Of a DNA stretch of 64,000 nucleotides, positions 1 through 11,760 are shown piece after piece. Each line of letters starts with the position of its first letter. The stretch's first letter is position 1. This DNA comes from Camelus ferus. Lineage: Eukaryota. A program made the translations under genes and the position numbers. The notes under the pieces are model-generated. The model was not told the DNA's origin. It saw nothing but the letters and a program-made list of their open reading frames with translations, and did no database searches. The stretch is taken from contig NC_045697.1 of NCBI RefSeq assembly GCF_009834535.1, positions 17,548,001 to 17,612,000 of the forward strand, given 5' to 3'.

Positions 1-290
1 ATCCGGGATCCCCTCCATGTGCCCCAGGCCCTTCTCTAGGGACCCCAGGATCCCCTCTGTGCCCTGACACCCCTGTAAGCACCTGAGACCCCTCCATGCT
101 CTCTGGAATCCCCTCCACACCCTGACACCCCTCCAAGCGCCCGAGATGCCCTCCGTGTGACCCAGGACCTCCTCTGTCTATCCCAGGATCCCTCTATGCC
201 TTGACATCACTCCAAAAACCCCCGGACCCCTCTACACCCTGACACCTCTCCAAGAGCCCAAGATCCCCTCCATGTGACCCAAGTCCCCCT
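1..290 (+). repeat. Degenerate C-rich minisatellite, ~18-21 bp units with higher-order structure
   Basis: Recurring units CCCAGGATCCCCTCYRTG, CCTGACACCCCTCCAAG and CCRAGATCCCCTCCATGTG; about 15 units by eye. Confidence 0.75.
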
Positions 291-703
291 CCCCACCCCC
301 ATCTTGATTTTTCTCCTGCTCCCAGAGACACTCTCCATCTGAGGTACCACTTCTGCCATGGCTGAGATCCCCCCAAATCCCTTCCATCTTAAGGTCTCCA
401 ACCATGTGCTGAGACAGCCTCTTTCATCCTGAGGGCACCCCGAGCTCTGAGGACCCCCAGAGATACTGAAATACTCCCATTTACCCTGAGGGTCTTCCAG
501 ACTCCCTGGGGTCCCTTTCCACCCTGACACCCCCCACCCCCACTCCCGCTTGGAGACCCCCTCTTGGGCTTGCCCAGCACTCCCACCCCCAGCATGTGCA
601 GCCTGCACTTAGGAGCCCCTGCCCAGTGTCTCCAGCTATTCCCCCCACCCCTGCCCCAGAGAGCTGCTCCTTTGGGGGCTGTTTGACAGTCTTTGTGTTG
701 CAC

Positions 704-709
704 ATTAAA
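704..709 (+). terminator. SOD3: Polyadenylation signal ATTAAA of SOD3
   Basis: ATTAAA at 704-709, followed by a U/GU-rich downstream element (TTGGTTACTTTTTTGGTTGGTTTG, ~741-764). Confidence 0.75.
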
Positions 710-1644
710 AGCTCAGCAATTCAGTACTGCATGGGGGCTTTGGTTACTTTTTTGGTTGGTTTGAGGCTTCTCTCCCTGCTCAGCAATTTTGCGAATGATA
801 AAGGTATTTCCCAAATTCCTACAAGACCTCTCCTTCTCCCCTCCCCAGCTCCACTGGCTGAAATGTTTAGTCACTGTTTGTCATGCCCTTGGGTGTGGCT
901 TGCAAGGTGGAGGAAACCAGGATCACCCAGGGAAGTGAAAAGAAAAAAAAAAAAAAAAGATACAGCTTCCTGGGCTATATCCCAGAGCTGTGAATTCCAA
1001 AGGGAGAAGAGAGAATCTATTTGCAACAAGCTTCCCAGTAATTCTAAGGCTGGAGCCACTGGCCAGGCACGAGATGAGCACCAACTCCCTGGGGCCCCGT
1101 GGCCTCCCACATCTGCCTCTGTGCGAAGCCTGTGGGCCCCCTTCCCGAATGGCAGAGACAGGGCCAGTGAGGCAGTGTCCCTGGGCAAGTTACAGGGGTT
1201 GGCATCTCCACAACCAGGGCAACGCTCTTCTTGACTTCTTGGCGTGAAAGCGAGTTGGAAGCAGTGGGGTCCAAAGGCAGGCTGGTTTTGATTAAGGCTA
1301 AATGAAGGTTCTGCCTCTCTTTTTGAAAATTATTCTCTATTCACAGGCAAGAGCAGTCTTGTGTGTTTGCTTTTATATACTGACTAGAAGTGCCCATGAG
1401 AGCTTTTCAGTCACCTGGGGCAGACTCACTTTCCAGCCTTTCCAGGCTTTGCCACCCTGGTTCCTCAGACTTTTAAGGCAGTGAGTCAAACTGAACCTTA
1501 GCCAGAAACCCATCCCCAGTGGTTATTTTTACCTTTTACAGGACTAATGTGTTATTTAAAAACCTTTCCTTGAACCCAACTGACAACTGAGAAGAAAGGC
1601 TATTGCCTCGTGAATTTGCTCCACCAACTGGTTCTCACTGGTTT

Positions 1645-2277
1645 TGAAACTGAGCAGGACTCTGCGGGGCCTTCTTCGTGGACCCCTCGTGTTCCCATCC
1701 TCTGGTTTATGGAAAACCTTTAGCCTCCTAGGCGTTCCTCGAGTTCCAAAGAGCAAATTTAATCAGAGAAGTGAGAAGGTGCAGAAACGAAGGAAAAGAG
1801 CCAAGCAAGACAAAATAATAATACTTTAGCCATCAAACAAAATTAAGGACCTTTAGTTCCTCCTCAGGGGCTATAGATAATATTCTTTGAGTTGTTTTGC
1901 AGATACTAAACCCCCACCACGTGAAAAAAGTTAACAGCATGCTAACCTCAAGCATGTAGACCCTGGACCATTTGGAACCAGAAGGTTGATGATGGAGATT
2001 TCCACATCACCCTATCACCTCACCACCAACCTACCAGATGTATGTACATGAGATGACCGCTCACCCCGTGACCCCCCTCCCTCACCTTAACTGTAAAAAT
2101 CTTTCCCTGAAAGCCATCAAGGAGTTGGGATCTTTTGAAGATGAGCTGCCCGTTCTCCTTGCCTTGCCCCACATTGGGCACCTTGCAGTAAACGCTGCAC
2201 TTTTCTTTGCCACAACCTGGTGTCAGTAGATTGGCTTTACCGCCCTTAGCCAAGTAGACTAGTTTGATTTGGTAACA
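1645..2277 (+). mobile_element. Solo ERV LTR (ERV1-class)
   Basis: Begins TGAAACTGAGCAGGAC and ends TTTGGTAACA (TG...CA). 4-bp TSD GTTT at 1641-1644 and 2278-2281. AGTAAA poly(A)-like signal at ~2187. Confidence 0.8.
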
Positions 2278-2560
2278 GTTTGAGATATTAACTTGAAACT
2301 GTACAGGTCAGCACTGAGAAGGAATTAGCAAACCAAGCGTTTAAATATCCCGATTGCAAATAAACGCATTTGCCTATCCCCACAATTATAAATTGCGAAA
2401 ATGAGGCAGCAATTACATCGGGACACACGACGGAGAGGGAGAACAGGCCGAACACCCCATCTTCAGCTCTGCTGCCCAGGTTACAGGGTAGTTCAGGGTC
2501 ATCAAGGGAAGTGGGGCTTATGTTTCAGAAAGAGACTGGTGCTTCTCATCACTTACCTAC

Positions 2561-2920
2561 TATACAGGTCCGTTCGAGCTGCTATCCCAAAATGCTGCAG
2601 ACCAGATGGCTTACAAACAATAGAAATTTATTTCTCACAGTTCTGGAGGCTGGGAGTCCAAGATCAGGGTACCAGCATGGTCAGGCGAGAGCCCTCTTTG
2701 GGACTCATAGCCCGTACCTTTTTGCTGTGTTCTCACATGTTAGAAGAGGTGAGCGATTTCTTTGAAGCCTTTTTAAAGGCACTAATCTGATTTACGAGGG
2801 CTCCCCCTTCATGACTTTGGGACCCCCTACCAAAGGTCCCACCTTCTAATACTATCATATTTGGGGGTTAGGATTTCAACATGTGAATGTGGGGGGAACA
2901 CAAACATTCAGATCATAGCA
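2561..2920 (-). mobile_element. MaLR LTR (MLT1A-like)
   Basis: Motifs AATTTATTTCTCACAGTTCTGGAGGCTGGGAGTCCAAGATCA and GGGGAACACAAACATTCAGATCATAGCA. Confidence 0.8.
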
Positions 2921-3119
2921 CCTTCTGTTTTTAGTTTCTCTCTTCCCTACCCTTGACCCCCCAGATTGAAGAGATACCCTCACAGATCCGTTCCATTTCT
3001 GTTCTGTCCATGCATGGGAATGGGACTGATAAACTCTTCTATGGGGCTTCAGAGCCAAGAAACAAAGAGAGGAAATAAAAGGAGGACAAATGACAGTTCA
3101 CTGTAAGGGCAAGGAATGT

Positions 3120-3310
3120 AATTAGCATGGTGGTTGACAGCTCAGGCTCAGGTGGAAAGGCCTGTTTGGAACCCTCCCTCAGCCACACTTACAAGCTGTG
3201 TGACCTGAGCAAGTCACTTCACCTCTCTGAGCCTGACTTCTCACATCTGTAAAACAAGGCTGTCACATTGGATTGTTGTGATGACTAAATCAAGTGTTAC
3301 TCATGAGCAG
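3120..3310. mobile_element. MIR SINE
   Basis: GCTGTGTGACCTGAGCAAGTCACTTCACCTCTCTGAGCCT...CATCTGTAAAA core. Confidence 0.7.
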
Positions 3311-4691
3311 TGTGTAACATTCCATGAAGACCTAAGGGTCTGATGCATGCCTAACTAACAACAATGGCTAAAGGTCAGAAAAATAGCTACCCAGTAATGG
3401 ATTGGATGACCTTGTAAGGTAGTGAGGGCTGTGCAACCAGAAGGATTCAAGGAAAAGCAAGGCTGCTACCTCTTAGGAAGCAGGATTGGAAGGAGGATTT
3501 CTGCATCCATTAAGAGGCCAGCTGAGATGAATTCTGTGATGCCAGCTCTTGCGGGGAGGGGATCCAAGATGAAGGAAAGACTGTCAGCCTTAAGGGCAGG
3601 CATCTGGTTCTTGGCACAGAACCGGATATGTGCCACCCAACCCGCCCACGGGACCCCACTCGGCCCCTGGAGGCTATTTTTACTCCTTGCCTTTTCCAGA
3701 TCTATTTTGTTAATCTCCTTATATTTGCTGTTTTGACTTCCCAGCCAGCTTGCTAATCAGTTTGCCTGTTTGACTCACAGGGTTTGCATTTGTCACTGAG
3801 ACTTAAACACACGCTTCTTTTGATTTCTTTTTGTAAAATTAGAAGCGTTTGATGTAATGACTCTACCTAGACACAGCTGGTAAAGTGAGAATAATGCTCA
3901 AGTTTGCACAGTTTAAACACAATGTAGACAATAATTAGAAATGCTATCTTTAGATGTTTAGGATAAGCTTTTTCTCAGAACTGCAGTCAATTTTTTTTTT
4001 CCAAATAGGGCTTTTCAGTGCATATATATACAGAAATACTAAAAACTAAGAAAATAGAGCAAATCAGTGAGTGCTTTGGTCAACTTGAAAGCCTGCAGGA
4101 AATAAACCCACTGGTTTGAGATCTGGTGCTTTTGACTGAATGCATAAAACCTTTACATTCTCCATCTTTTTCATGACTACCATATGATCTAATAATTTTA
4201 GGTGACAGATTGCAAGTGATAAGTTGCTACAATATGCTAGAAGCTACGCTCAGCCTGGGCTTGGCCTTCGGTGAGGGCGGAGGAGGGAATGATGCAAATA
4301 ATAAAGAGAATTCATCATCTATATCAGGAAAATTACATTTTAATTTCAGGGAACAAAAAAGGTATAGTTATGATACGTGATGGTCTTACACTCCAGTAAA
4401 GCAAGGTCTACAACTGAGTAGAAGTTACTTCTTTTTTTAAATCAAACTATAAAACAGCAGTTGTTTGCTTTTTTTTTCCCCAAAGTCAATTGTTTTAAAT
4501 TTAATAGGCTATCTCTGGCCTCCACTAAGATCCCAAAATCTATTCCTGGGCTCATATAGATTCCAGAAAGTCATGCTTGCCAGTATTATGCAAACTTTCC
4601 CTACGCATCCAAAAAAAAAAAGTCCTCGTTTAGTAGAGAGCTGATATGAAACGTACGGCAGCACATCTCTATCTATCATTTTAAATTGCCT

Positions 4692-4852
4692 TCATGCTTT
4701 ATCAACTTGTTCGGCTTTGTATTCGTGAGCAACTGTAACATCGGGAGACGGGGCCTTCTTACTTTTCTGCTTCTCATTTCTAATTAGATTCACTGCTGAG
4801 CTCTCTACTGCATCTCTCTGATCTTCAAATTCTTCTCTGTTCAGAACGACAT
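4692..4852 (-). CDS. CCDC149: Candidate alternative distal last coding exon of CCDC149: (D)VVLNREEFEDQRDAVESSAVNLIRNEKQKSKKAPSPDVTVAHEYKAEQVDKA*
   Basis: Strong acceptor ctttaatacattctttgttttccag|AT. Only the phase-1 frame is open (52 codons then TGA), matching the phase-1 donors upstream. No transcript evidence. Confidence 0.5.
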
Positions 4853-6109
4853 CTGGAAAACAAAGAATGTATTAAAGTAGTGAGTTGAGGGGCATCCTTT
4901 GGCTTTTTGACATCCTAACTGAGCCGTGTGAAGGGAAGGTACCCTCAGTATTATTAAGGAGGGAGATTGTCCCAAATGGAGGCTTCCAGAGTGAAAGCAG
5001 AGGGCAGAGGGGGAAGGCGCTCACATAGAGATCTTTTTCCAAGAGAAATAAAGTACCAAGATCCAGCCAGGAAAGAGCTGCAGCCTTTTGGAGGAGCAGA
5101 AAACCGAGAGAAGCAAAGGCTTGCTGTAATTCGAAAGGGACAGAAAAGATAACCCCAATGACGAAGTAGCTGGTCTTCGAAATTCTTTCAGGAGAAGACT
5201 GGACCTCTTTCTGGAACAATTCACACGGCGAACTGGGGTGCAAAGGTTCCAGCAGGAATAACACATCCAAAAATTCACTCCAACACATGAATGACTGGTA
5301 CCAGAACCCTTTTTTTAGAACTTCACTTCGTGATGATGGTGTGTGTTTGGGAATGAGGGCACAGAAAGAGGAACAATGATAAGAAAACAGATTTAGCCTA
5401 GTTAAGATTGCTAACTGGGAGGAGGTTCCAGGAGGGACTGAGCCGAACGCCACCAGGGACCTCCTAGCTAGAGAGGCTTCAGGAGTCACTGTTCCAGGAG
5501 AAGAAAGGGGGAGGGGGAGAGGAAGGCAGGTAGAGGAGGCACAGCAAGAAGAGTTAGGGATGAGAAATGCCTGTTTTACAAAAACCAATCCATTTCCACC
5601 AGCCTTAATTAAAAGAACGACAAACACTCATATGTAAAAATCCACACCTACAGGCTCTCAGGTACAGAGCGATCATAAGAAATGCAGTGTGTGCAAACAA
5701 GCTTTCATTAAGAGACCTGTCAGCTCTGTTTCATTTATCCAGACTGTTCTGCATTCTGCTGGCAACTGAGCTGGAAAAATAATGGAAGGACCGACACACT
5801 TGAAGAGGTAAACAAAGGAGGGAATACTCCAGCTACAAAACAGGTCGGATGCTAAAGAAGCCAGGGAAATGGAGAGATGAGATGGTATTTTTCTTAACAA
5901 ACAACAAACAACAATTGCCCCTCCCTCCAACTCCATTCTCCTCAGTAGCATGATATTCTGACTTTTCAAAGAAACAAGAAAACAAAACAAGAACAGACAT
6001 GTGGGGGGCGGAGACAATGCTGTTGGTGGCCTTCTCAAACCTACTCCCAACTCCCTACACACAAAGACCTGACTTTGTTTTAGTGTTCACCCTTTTAGAG
6101 TCTGCATCT

Positions 6110-6269
6110 CCAGGGACAGGACCCCTGCCCAGTTCAGAGGGTGATCTTGATGAACGTAAACCCATAACAGTAATAATTCCATCTTCCTTACTAAGGATTG
6201 TTTTAGACATAGGCATGTGACAATTCTGATCAATGAAATGTGACAAGAACTGGGTTACCTGCTTTTAAA

Positions 6270-6316
<47 letters not shown>

Positions 6317-6490
6317 GAGAAACTTCCTTCTGCCTGTGGACAAGATGTGTGAACAGGTGATGGCTGGAGCTGTTGCAGCCAACTTGTTAGCACGAGAGAA
6401 TAGCTGACACTGAGGCAGCAGAGCATGAAGACCAGATCCTTGATAACTTACTTGAATGAACCAGCCCTGGAATGCCCTACTTTTGAGAGT
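6110..6490. mobile_element. Old MaLR LTR remnant (MLT1J/K-like) interrupted by a CA repeat
   Basis: GGCATGTGACAATTCTGATCAATGA and GCTGGAGCTGTTGCAGCC motifs. Confidence 0.45.
6272..6314. repeat. (CA)n microsatellite
   Basis: About 21 perfect AC units. Confidence 0.97.
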
Positions 6491-6954
6491 TATCTAGTAG
6501 AGTAGGGGACAGAATAAAGCACACTTCCACAATGACTCTTAAAAAGACAAATGACAACCATAAGTAATTGCTGAAACTCTTTTTAATGTCTGTGGAACAG
6601 AAGAATCATGTTGGGTTAGGATAGCAGAGGTGGGACAGTGTCACATCTGCGTATGGGGCGTGGTCAAGGTTACAAATGTGACTGGATCAACTTATTGGCT
6701 CCAATTCCACCTAATAACAGAAGACCTCCCCCTATCAGGCTGACTGAACACACAGAATTTAGGTTATCGCTCCCTATGACCCCCTGCCCTGAGCCCCAGG
6801 CTCTGGGACTTCCTGCAGTTTTCTTGCCCATGATGGAATGTGTTGAATTTTACTACAAGCCCTGCTTTCCAGAAGGTGTTGAATGGGCCCTCAAGACGGA
6901 CACCTGGCCAACTATGTGTCAAAACCAAGGCTTCTGTAGGGAGAGATTTTTCTT

Positions 6955-6960
6955 TTTATT
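6955..6960 (-). terminator. CCDC149: Candidate CCDC149 poly(A) signal (AATAAA)
   Basis: TTTATT on the + strand ~2.05 kb past the stop at 9013, in non-repeat sequence; usage not shown. Confidence 0.4.
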
Positions 6961-7900
6961 ATTATTGTATTCAATCTGGCTGTGTTTGCTTTTGGTGGCT
7001 CTGGCATCATATGCAGTAGTGCTGAACATTTACAGAGAATTTAGGCCTGGTGCGGCAGGAAAATTATTTCCATGGCTGCTGGCCGGGGCAAGCTTTGCAG
7101 CTGCAGAAGTGACCTTCCTGGAGAGAAGTGACCTTCTTGGGTCTGGGGAAGGGGAGAGGCTGGAGCACAGAGGGATGAATGGGGCATTGGGGCCTGGCAG
7201 GCAGGGGCCGATGTGTGTCCAGCTCACCAGGGGCCAGAGTGCACAGATGCAGGTGTGCCCACGTTCCGCCAGTGGGGGTGACCTCTAGTGAGCGGGAAGA
7301 AATCAGCTGGAGGTCCACCCAGGGTGCTTCTGGCAAAGCATGGGACCTTCTGGTCTGCACCTTGCCCTCCTTCAGAGCGAGACAGCAAGTGTGACAGGTC
7401 CTACCCTGCTGTCCGAGTGATGCCAGGAGATGACATGTGGCAGGGAAGTGGTGGTGGTGGGGTGGCTGGCCACCTGCATGTGGGATTCACACTTGAGATC
7501 ACAAGCCTGGTCTAAACAGCCAATTTTTAGGATGAATTGCTGAATTTTCTACCTCTCCCACCTCGGGAGCTTCTCTTTTCCCTGCAGGAGAGTCTCTCAA
7601 AGGAGTGATTCTGGTTCTCAGGGGCGTTTCAAGCTTTGGGATCTGATATTAGGTCTTTCTGGGGAAATGAACTGAGTTCAGCACAAAGAAAGGTCTGTCG
7701 TTTGATGAGCCTTCAATGTACTGCAGTGCCAGATGCTGCCTAGAAAAGCTAATTTTATCCCCAAGTAAAGAAGCAGGTAGGGGTGACCACTCTGCTTTCC
7801 TGCTCTTGGAGCTTGAACTTGGTTCCACAGTCCCCTCCCCAGGCTGACGAGGTTACTTTGTTTTCTCCTTTCTTTCCACTCTAGGGTCATGAGCTCTGTC

Positions 7901-8041
7901 TTTATTTATTTATTATTTATTTAATTTTTGGTAATGCCTTTTTTTTCAAGTTTTTTTTTTTTTTAATGGAGATTCTGGGGATTGAAACCAGGACCTCGTG
8001 CATGCTAAGAATGAGCTCTACCGCTGAGCTACAGACTCCCC
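7901..8041 (-). mobile_element. tRNA-Ala-derived SINE (camelid vic-1-like) in the probable CCDC149 3'UTR
   Basis: Reverse complement GGGGAGTCTGTAGCTCAGCGGTAGAGCTCATTCTTAGCATGCACGAGGTCCTGGTTTCAATCCCCAGAATCTCCA plus an A-rich tail; possible TSD TGTCTTTA. Confidence 0.85.
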
Positions 8042-9012
8042 AGCGCCTTGTCTTTAAAACCCCAGTACCTGGCGCTCCCGAGGAGGCAGCCACAGTGCTC
8101 TGTCGGAGTGACGGGTGGTGGGGGAAACTGGCTTGGCCCTAAGCAGCTGGATTGGCTCCAACCTCACATGACCATAGAACCCTATACCAGCCCAGGCTGA
8201 GCGGAGAGAACCAGCACTTCCAGGTTCTGCTCTCATCTCAGAAACAAAAAATCAAACACCACTGGAGTCCCCATCCTCCCTGCTTATCCACAACGCCCCC
8301 ATCACTCCAGGTCGATTAATCCTCTAGAATTACAGGCTGGAAAACTCAGCTCTCGCAGTCAGCAAACGGGTCTCCACGGGGGCTGCGGATTTCAAACCGG
8401 AAGCCTAACCTTCTGAGCCCTCTTAAGCCCCTTTCCACCTGCTGGTCGCTGCCACGACAGACAGTGCACAGACAGTGCTTCAGGCAGGCTGCCAAGAACA
8501 CCCACGCCGGGAGGCCCGACGGGCCCTGACATGACGGAGTGGAGCGGGGCGCCCTCTGGACCCATTATGCTCAATTACACCTTTCTCTACATTACAAAGA
8601 CAGGGACCTGATTAAAAACCCCATCCCTTTCAAGCTCTTCCTATAATTTTGATTGACAACTTTAAATGCTAATAGAAAAACATCTTATGTCTAATAAAAC
8701 AAATGCTGACAGAAAGATGGAGGCCAAAAACCAGCCATATGGCCGACCCACTTCTGTGACTGGCCATGTTCACAGCAGCGCATCTTCAGCGGAAAGAGAT
8801 GACACCGAGAAGCTTGAGGACCCGCATTTAATAAATCAAACTGTGCTGGCCTCATCAGAATATTCACAGTTTGCGACAGGATCTGTGTCCTTCCTCACTT
8901 GCAGGCTTGGGGGTGTTTTAGGAGAAAGAGACTTTGGTGAGCTGTTCTGAGGTTTAGTTCTTTACTGTCCCCAGTGCCGTCAACGTGTCATCATGCCCGA
9001 TCTCTTTCCCCT

Positions 9013-9468
<456 letters not shown>

Positions 9469-11227
9469 TCAAACCTTCTGCTGGAAGTCAGCCCTCACCT
9501 CCCATCTCCTCCCAACCTCTGGCCCACTGTCGCAGGGCCTCTGGGATAGAAAATGCTGTTAAAGGGAACACATGACCCACAGAAAAGAAAGCAGCCACTC
9601 TGGTGATTACTGTGTCATTAATGGAGGGAAGGGGAGCACGTGGGCCATGTCCATAACCCATCCTTTCCAGGCACCTGGTTATCTCCTCCTTCGCTCCCTG
9701 ATGATGGCTCGTGCCCATTAAATATTTAAACTGAGGACAAAGGTTTCATAGGTTCTGTAGCTCAGGAAGACCTTTAGTAATGAAAAGAGGTTCTGGCTGC
9801 TTTCAGTGTGGGGAACAGAAGGAGCAGTTTGGGAGGGACTGAGTGCCCCACCTCCCAATCTCCATCAGCACCTCATTCTATGATGCAGACTGCTGGTACT
9901 TCCTCAATTTCAATAAAATGTTACATGCAAAAGCAGCTTCAAGCCCTCTTCCCCTCCCCACTAAGTTGTTCTTTCTAAACGTGGATAAGAGAAGTTCTTC
10001 AGCTGTAACTGGAGGGGATGGGAGAGGATGCGGGACCCTCAGAGCCAGAATCTAGCCCCCATTTTCCTATTTGCTTGCTTTGTAATCAGGAGGACCTGCC
10101 TGGCCTCCTTTTCTCAGATACAAAATGAGAGACAGGACTCTCTGATGTCCCTTTCAGACCTAATAACCAACAGTGGTTCTGCACAACTGGGAGGTATTCG
10201 GGGAGTGAATTCTTAGCGCATTCAGCACCAGACCTGAGGTTCCCAAGATTTTCTTAGTCCTCAGGCCGAACAGTGAAGAAATGTGTGGAAGAGTCTTGCT
10301 GGGCTGATTTCAGCCTGGGTGAGGGGCTCCAGGGGTGAGGGGGCCCGGGAACACTTCCTGGTTCCTCCGACGGAACCAGGGTAGAACCCACTGCCATCAG
10401 GCCTGTATCAGATACATGCAGGTGTGCTTTCAGGCCAAAAGCTGGGACTGGGGGGAGCTAATGGAGAACTGTAGAAGGTTTGGAAGGAAGTTGATCTGTT
10501 CTGACCATGCATCCATTTATTAAATTAAATAACTGGATGCATTTTAAAGCATTTGTTTACCTAATCAAGTGTTTAAAAGTCTTAAGAAACTTTAACAAGG
10601 CTGAACCCTGGCAAAAACTCTGAGAAACGCTAGAAGACATGAGATATTAGTGAGATCAGATGGACCATAAGACTGAAATGAAACAGCTAAGATGAAGAAG
10701 GGGTGGACAGCAATGAAGGAAGAGAAGATGCTTGTAGACAGAGTGGTGGGTGTGACAACCGATAGGCTGGTCACTGGGGAAGGGGACTGTGGGTCAGCTC
10801 AGCCAGGCAGAACTTGACCCTCACACCCCAGTCCTCTAGTTCTTCTGATATCTTTTTGCTTCTCACATTCAAAATAAGCTGTTTTCTTTCTCTTTAGCCT
10901 TTTTGATGACCATAGAAATTCCCCAGGGACAGAAATTCGACCCAATCTTTTATACACTCGAAAGCCTGTGTTTAGTCACGGACAACTATGTTATTACTCT
11001 CCTAAGAACTCGCTGGCCTCAGTGTCACACCTGAAAATGAGACCATTACTCGTGTTTACAGTGACATTCGTGAATGTATAAATGAGTGAATAAAGCAAGC
11101 CTTAATTTTTAAAAAAATAACCATTCAGATCTGTTCAGCCAGGATAACGTGGGTTGGTTCCTGACAGGTTCCTTTGCTGGTAGTCTCCTCTTGCTGTCAT
11201 CCAACCTGTCAGGAGAGGGGCCTTCCC

Positions 11228-11398
11228 TAAAGCTTTGCTACTCAAAGTAGGGTCCAAGGACCACCACTGGCAGCCTCATCTGGGAGCCTGTTAGACAGGC
11301 AGGGTCTCAGGCCCTACCCCAGACCTACTGGCTCAGAAGATGCATTTTGATAAGATCTCAGGTGACGCGGGTGCACATTACAGTGCAAGAAGCACTAG
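11228..11398. mobile_element. MER5-like hAT-Charlie MITE
   Basis: CTGGGAGCCTGTTAGA...CAGGCCCTACCCCAGACCTACTG...AAGCACTAG. Confidence 0.7.
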
Positions 11399-11399
11399 C

Positions 11400-11760
11400 A
11401 CTGAAACAAGTCCAACCATGCGTTCCTTTCCTCGGCTCTAAAACCTTCAAAGGCTGCCCCTGCCCTAGGAACAAAGCCTAAGCTCTTCTCCTGACAGTCG
11501 AGGCTTTCAGTGACCCAACATCCATCTACTTGCCATGCCAACTCCCCTTCCATCCCTACACTCCAGCCACACTGAACCCTCCAAGGCATGCAGCCCTGCC
11601 TTCTGCTGCCTTTGCTTTGGTGGTTGATTCCTCCATGACTCTCATTCCTTGATGCACCCAGATGACCAACCTCAAAAGCGAACTTGACCTCCACCTCCTT
11701 CATGAAGCCTATTTGATTTAATCTGCTGGGAAGTACTCTCCCCACTGTCCAAATCCCCAC
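11400..11760 (+). mobile_element. L2 LINE fragment
   Basis: CTCTAAAACCTTCAAAGGCTGCCC...TCCAGCCACACTGAAC...CCTCCTTCATGAAGCCT. Confidence 0.65.

Larger units (their letters stand above)
1..725 (+). other. SOD3: 3'UTR (end of terminal exon) of extracellular superoxide dismutase; CDS lies upstream of the window
   Basis: 659-725 (GAGAGCTGCTCCTTTGGGGG...TTTGTGTTGCACATTAAAAGCTCAGCAATT) and ~303-370 resemble the human SOD3 mRNA 3' end as I recall it. SOD3 is the known convergent neighbour of CCDC149. Not checked by search. Confidence 0.8.

Noticed and set aside
596..1234. 212-aa + strand ORF
   Set aside because: It crosses the SOD3 poly(A) site and an A-run, starts at a non-ATG codon and resembles no protein I know
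4872..5627. 251-aa - strand ORF, the longest in the track
   Set aside because: Non-ATG start, low-complexity composition and no recognisable domain or exon structure. It stops just before the acceptor at 4852 and is probably UTR or intron.
6638..7288. 216-aa + strand ORF with a hydrophobic stretch
   Set aside because: Antisense to the probable CCDC149 3'UTR; the hydrophobic run comes from a T-rich tract around the poly(A) signal
8545..8562. CTCF-like CCAGAGGGCGC on the - strand
   Set aside because: Lacks the conserved 5' CC of the core motif
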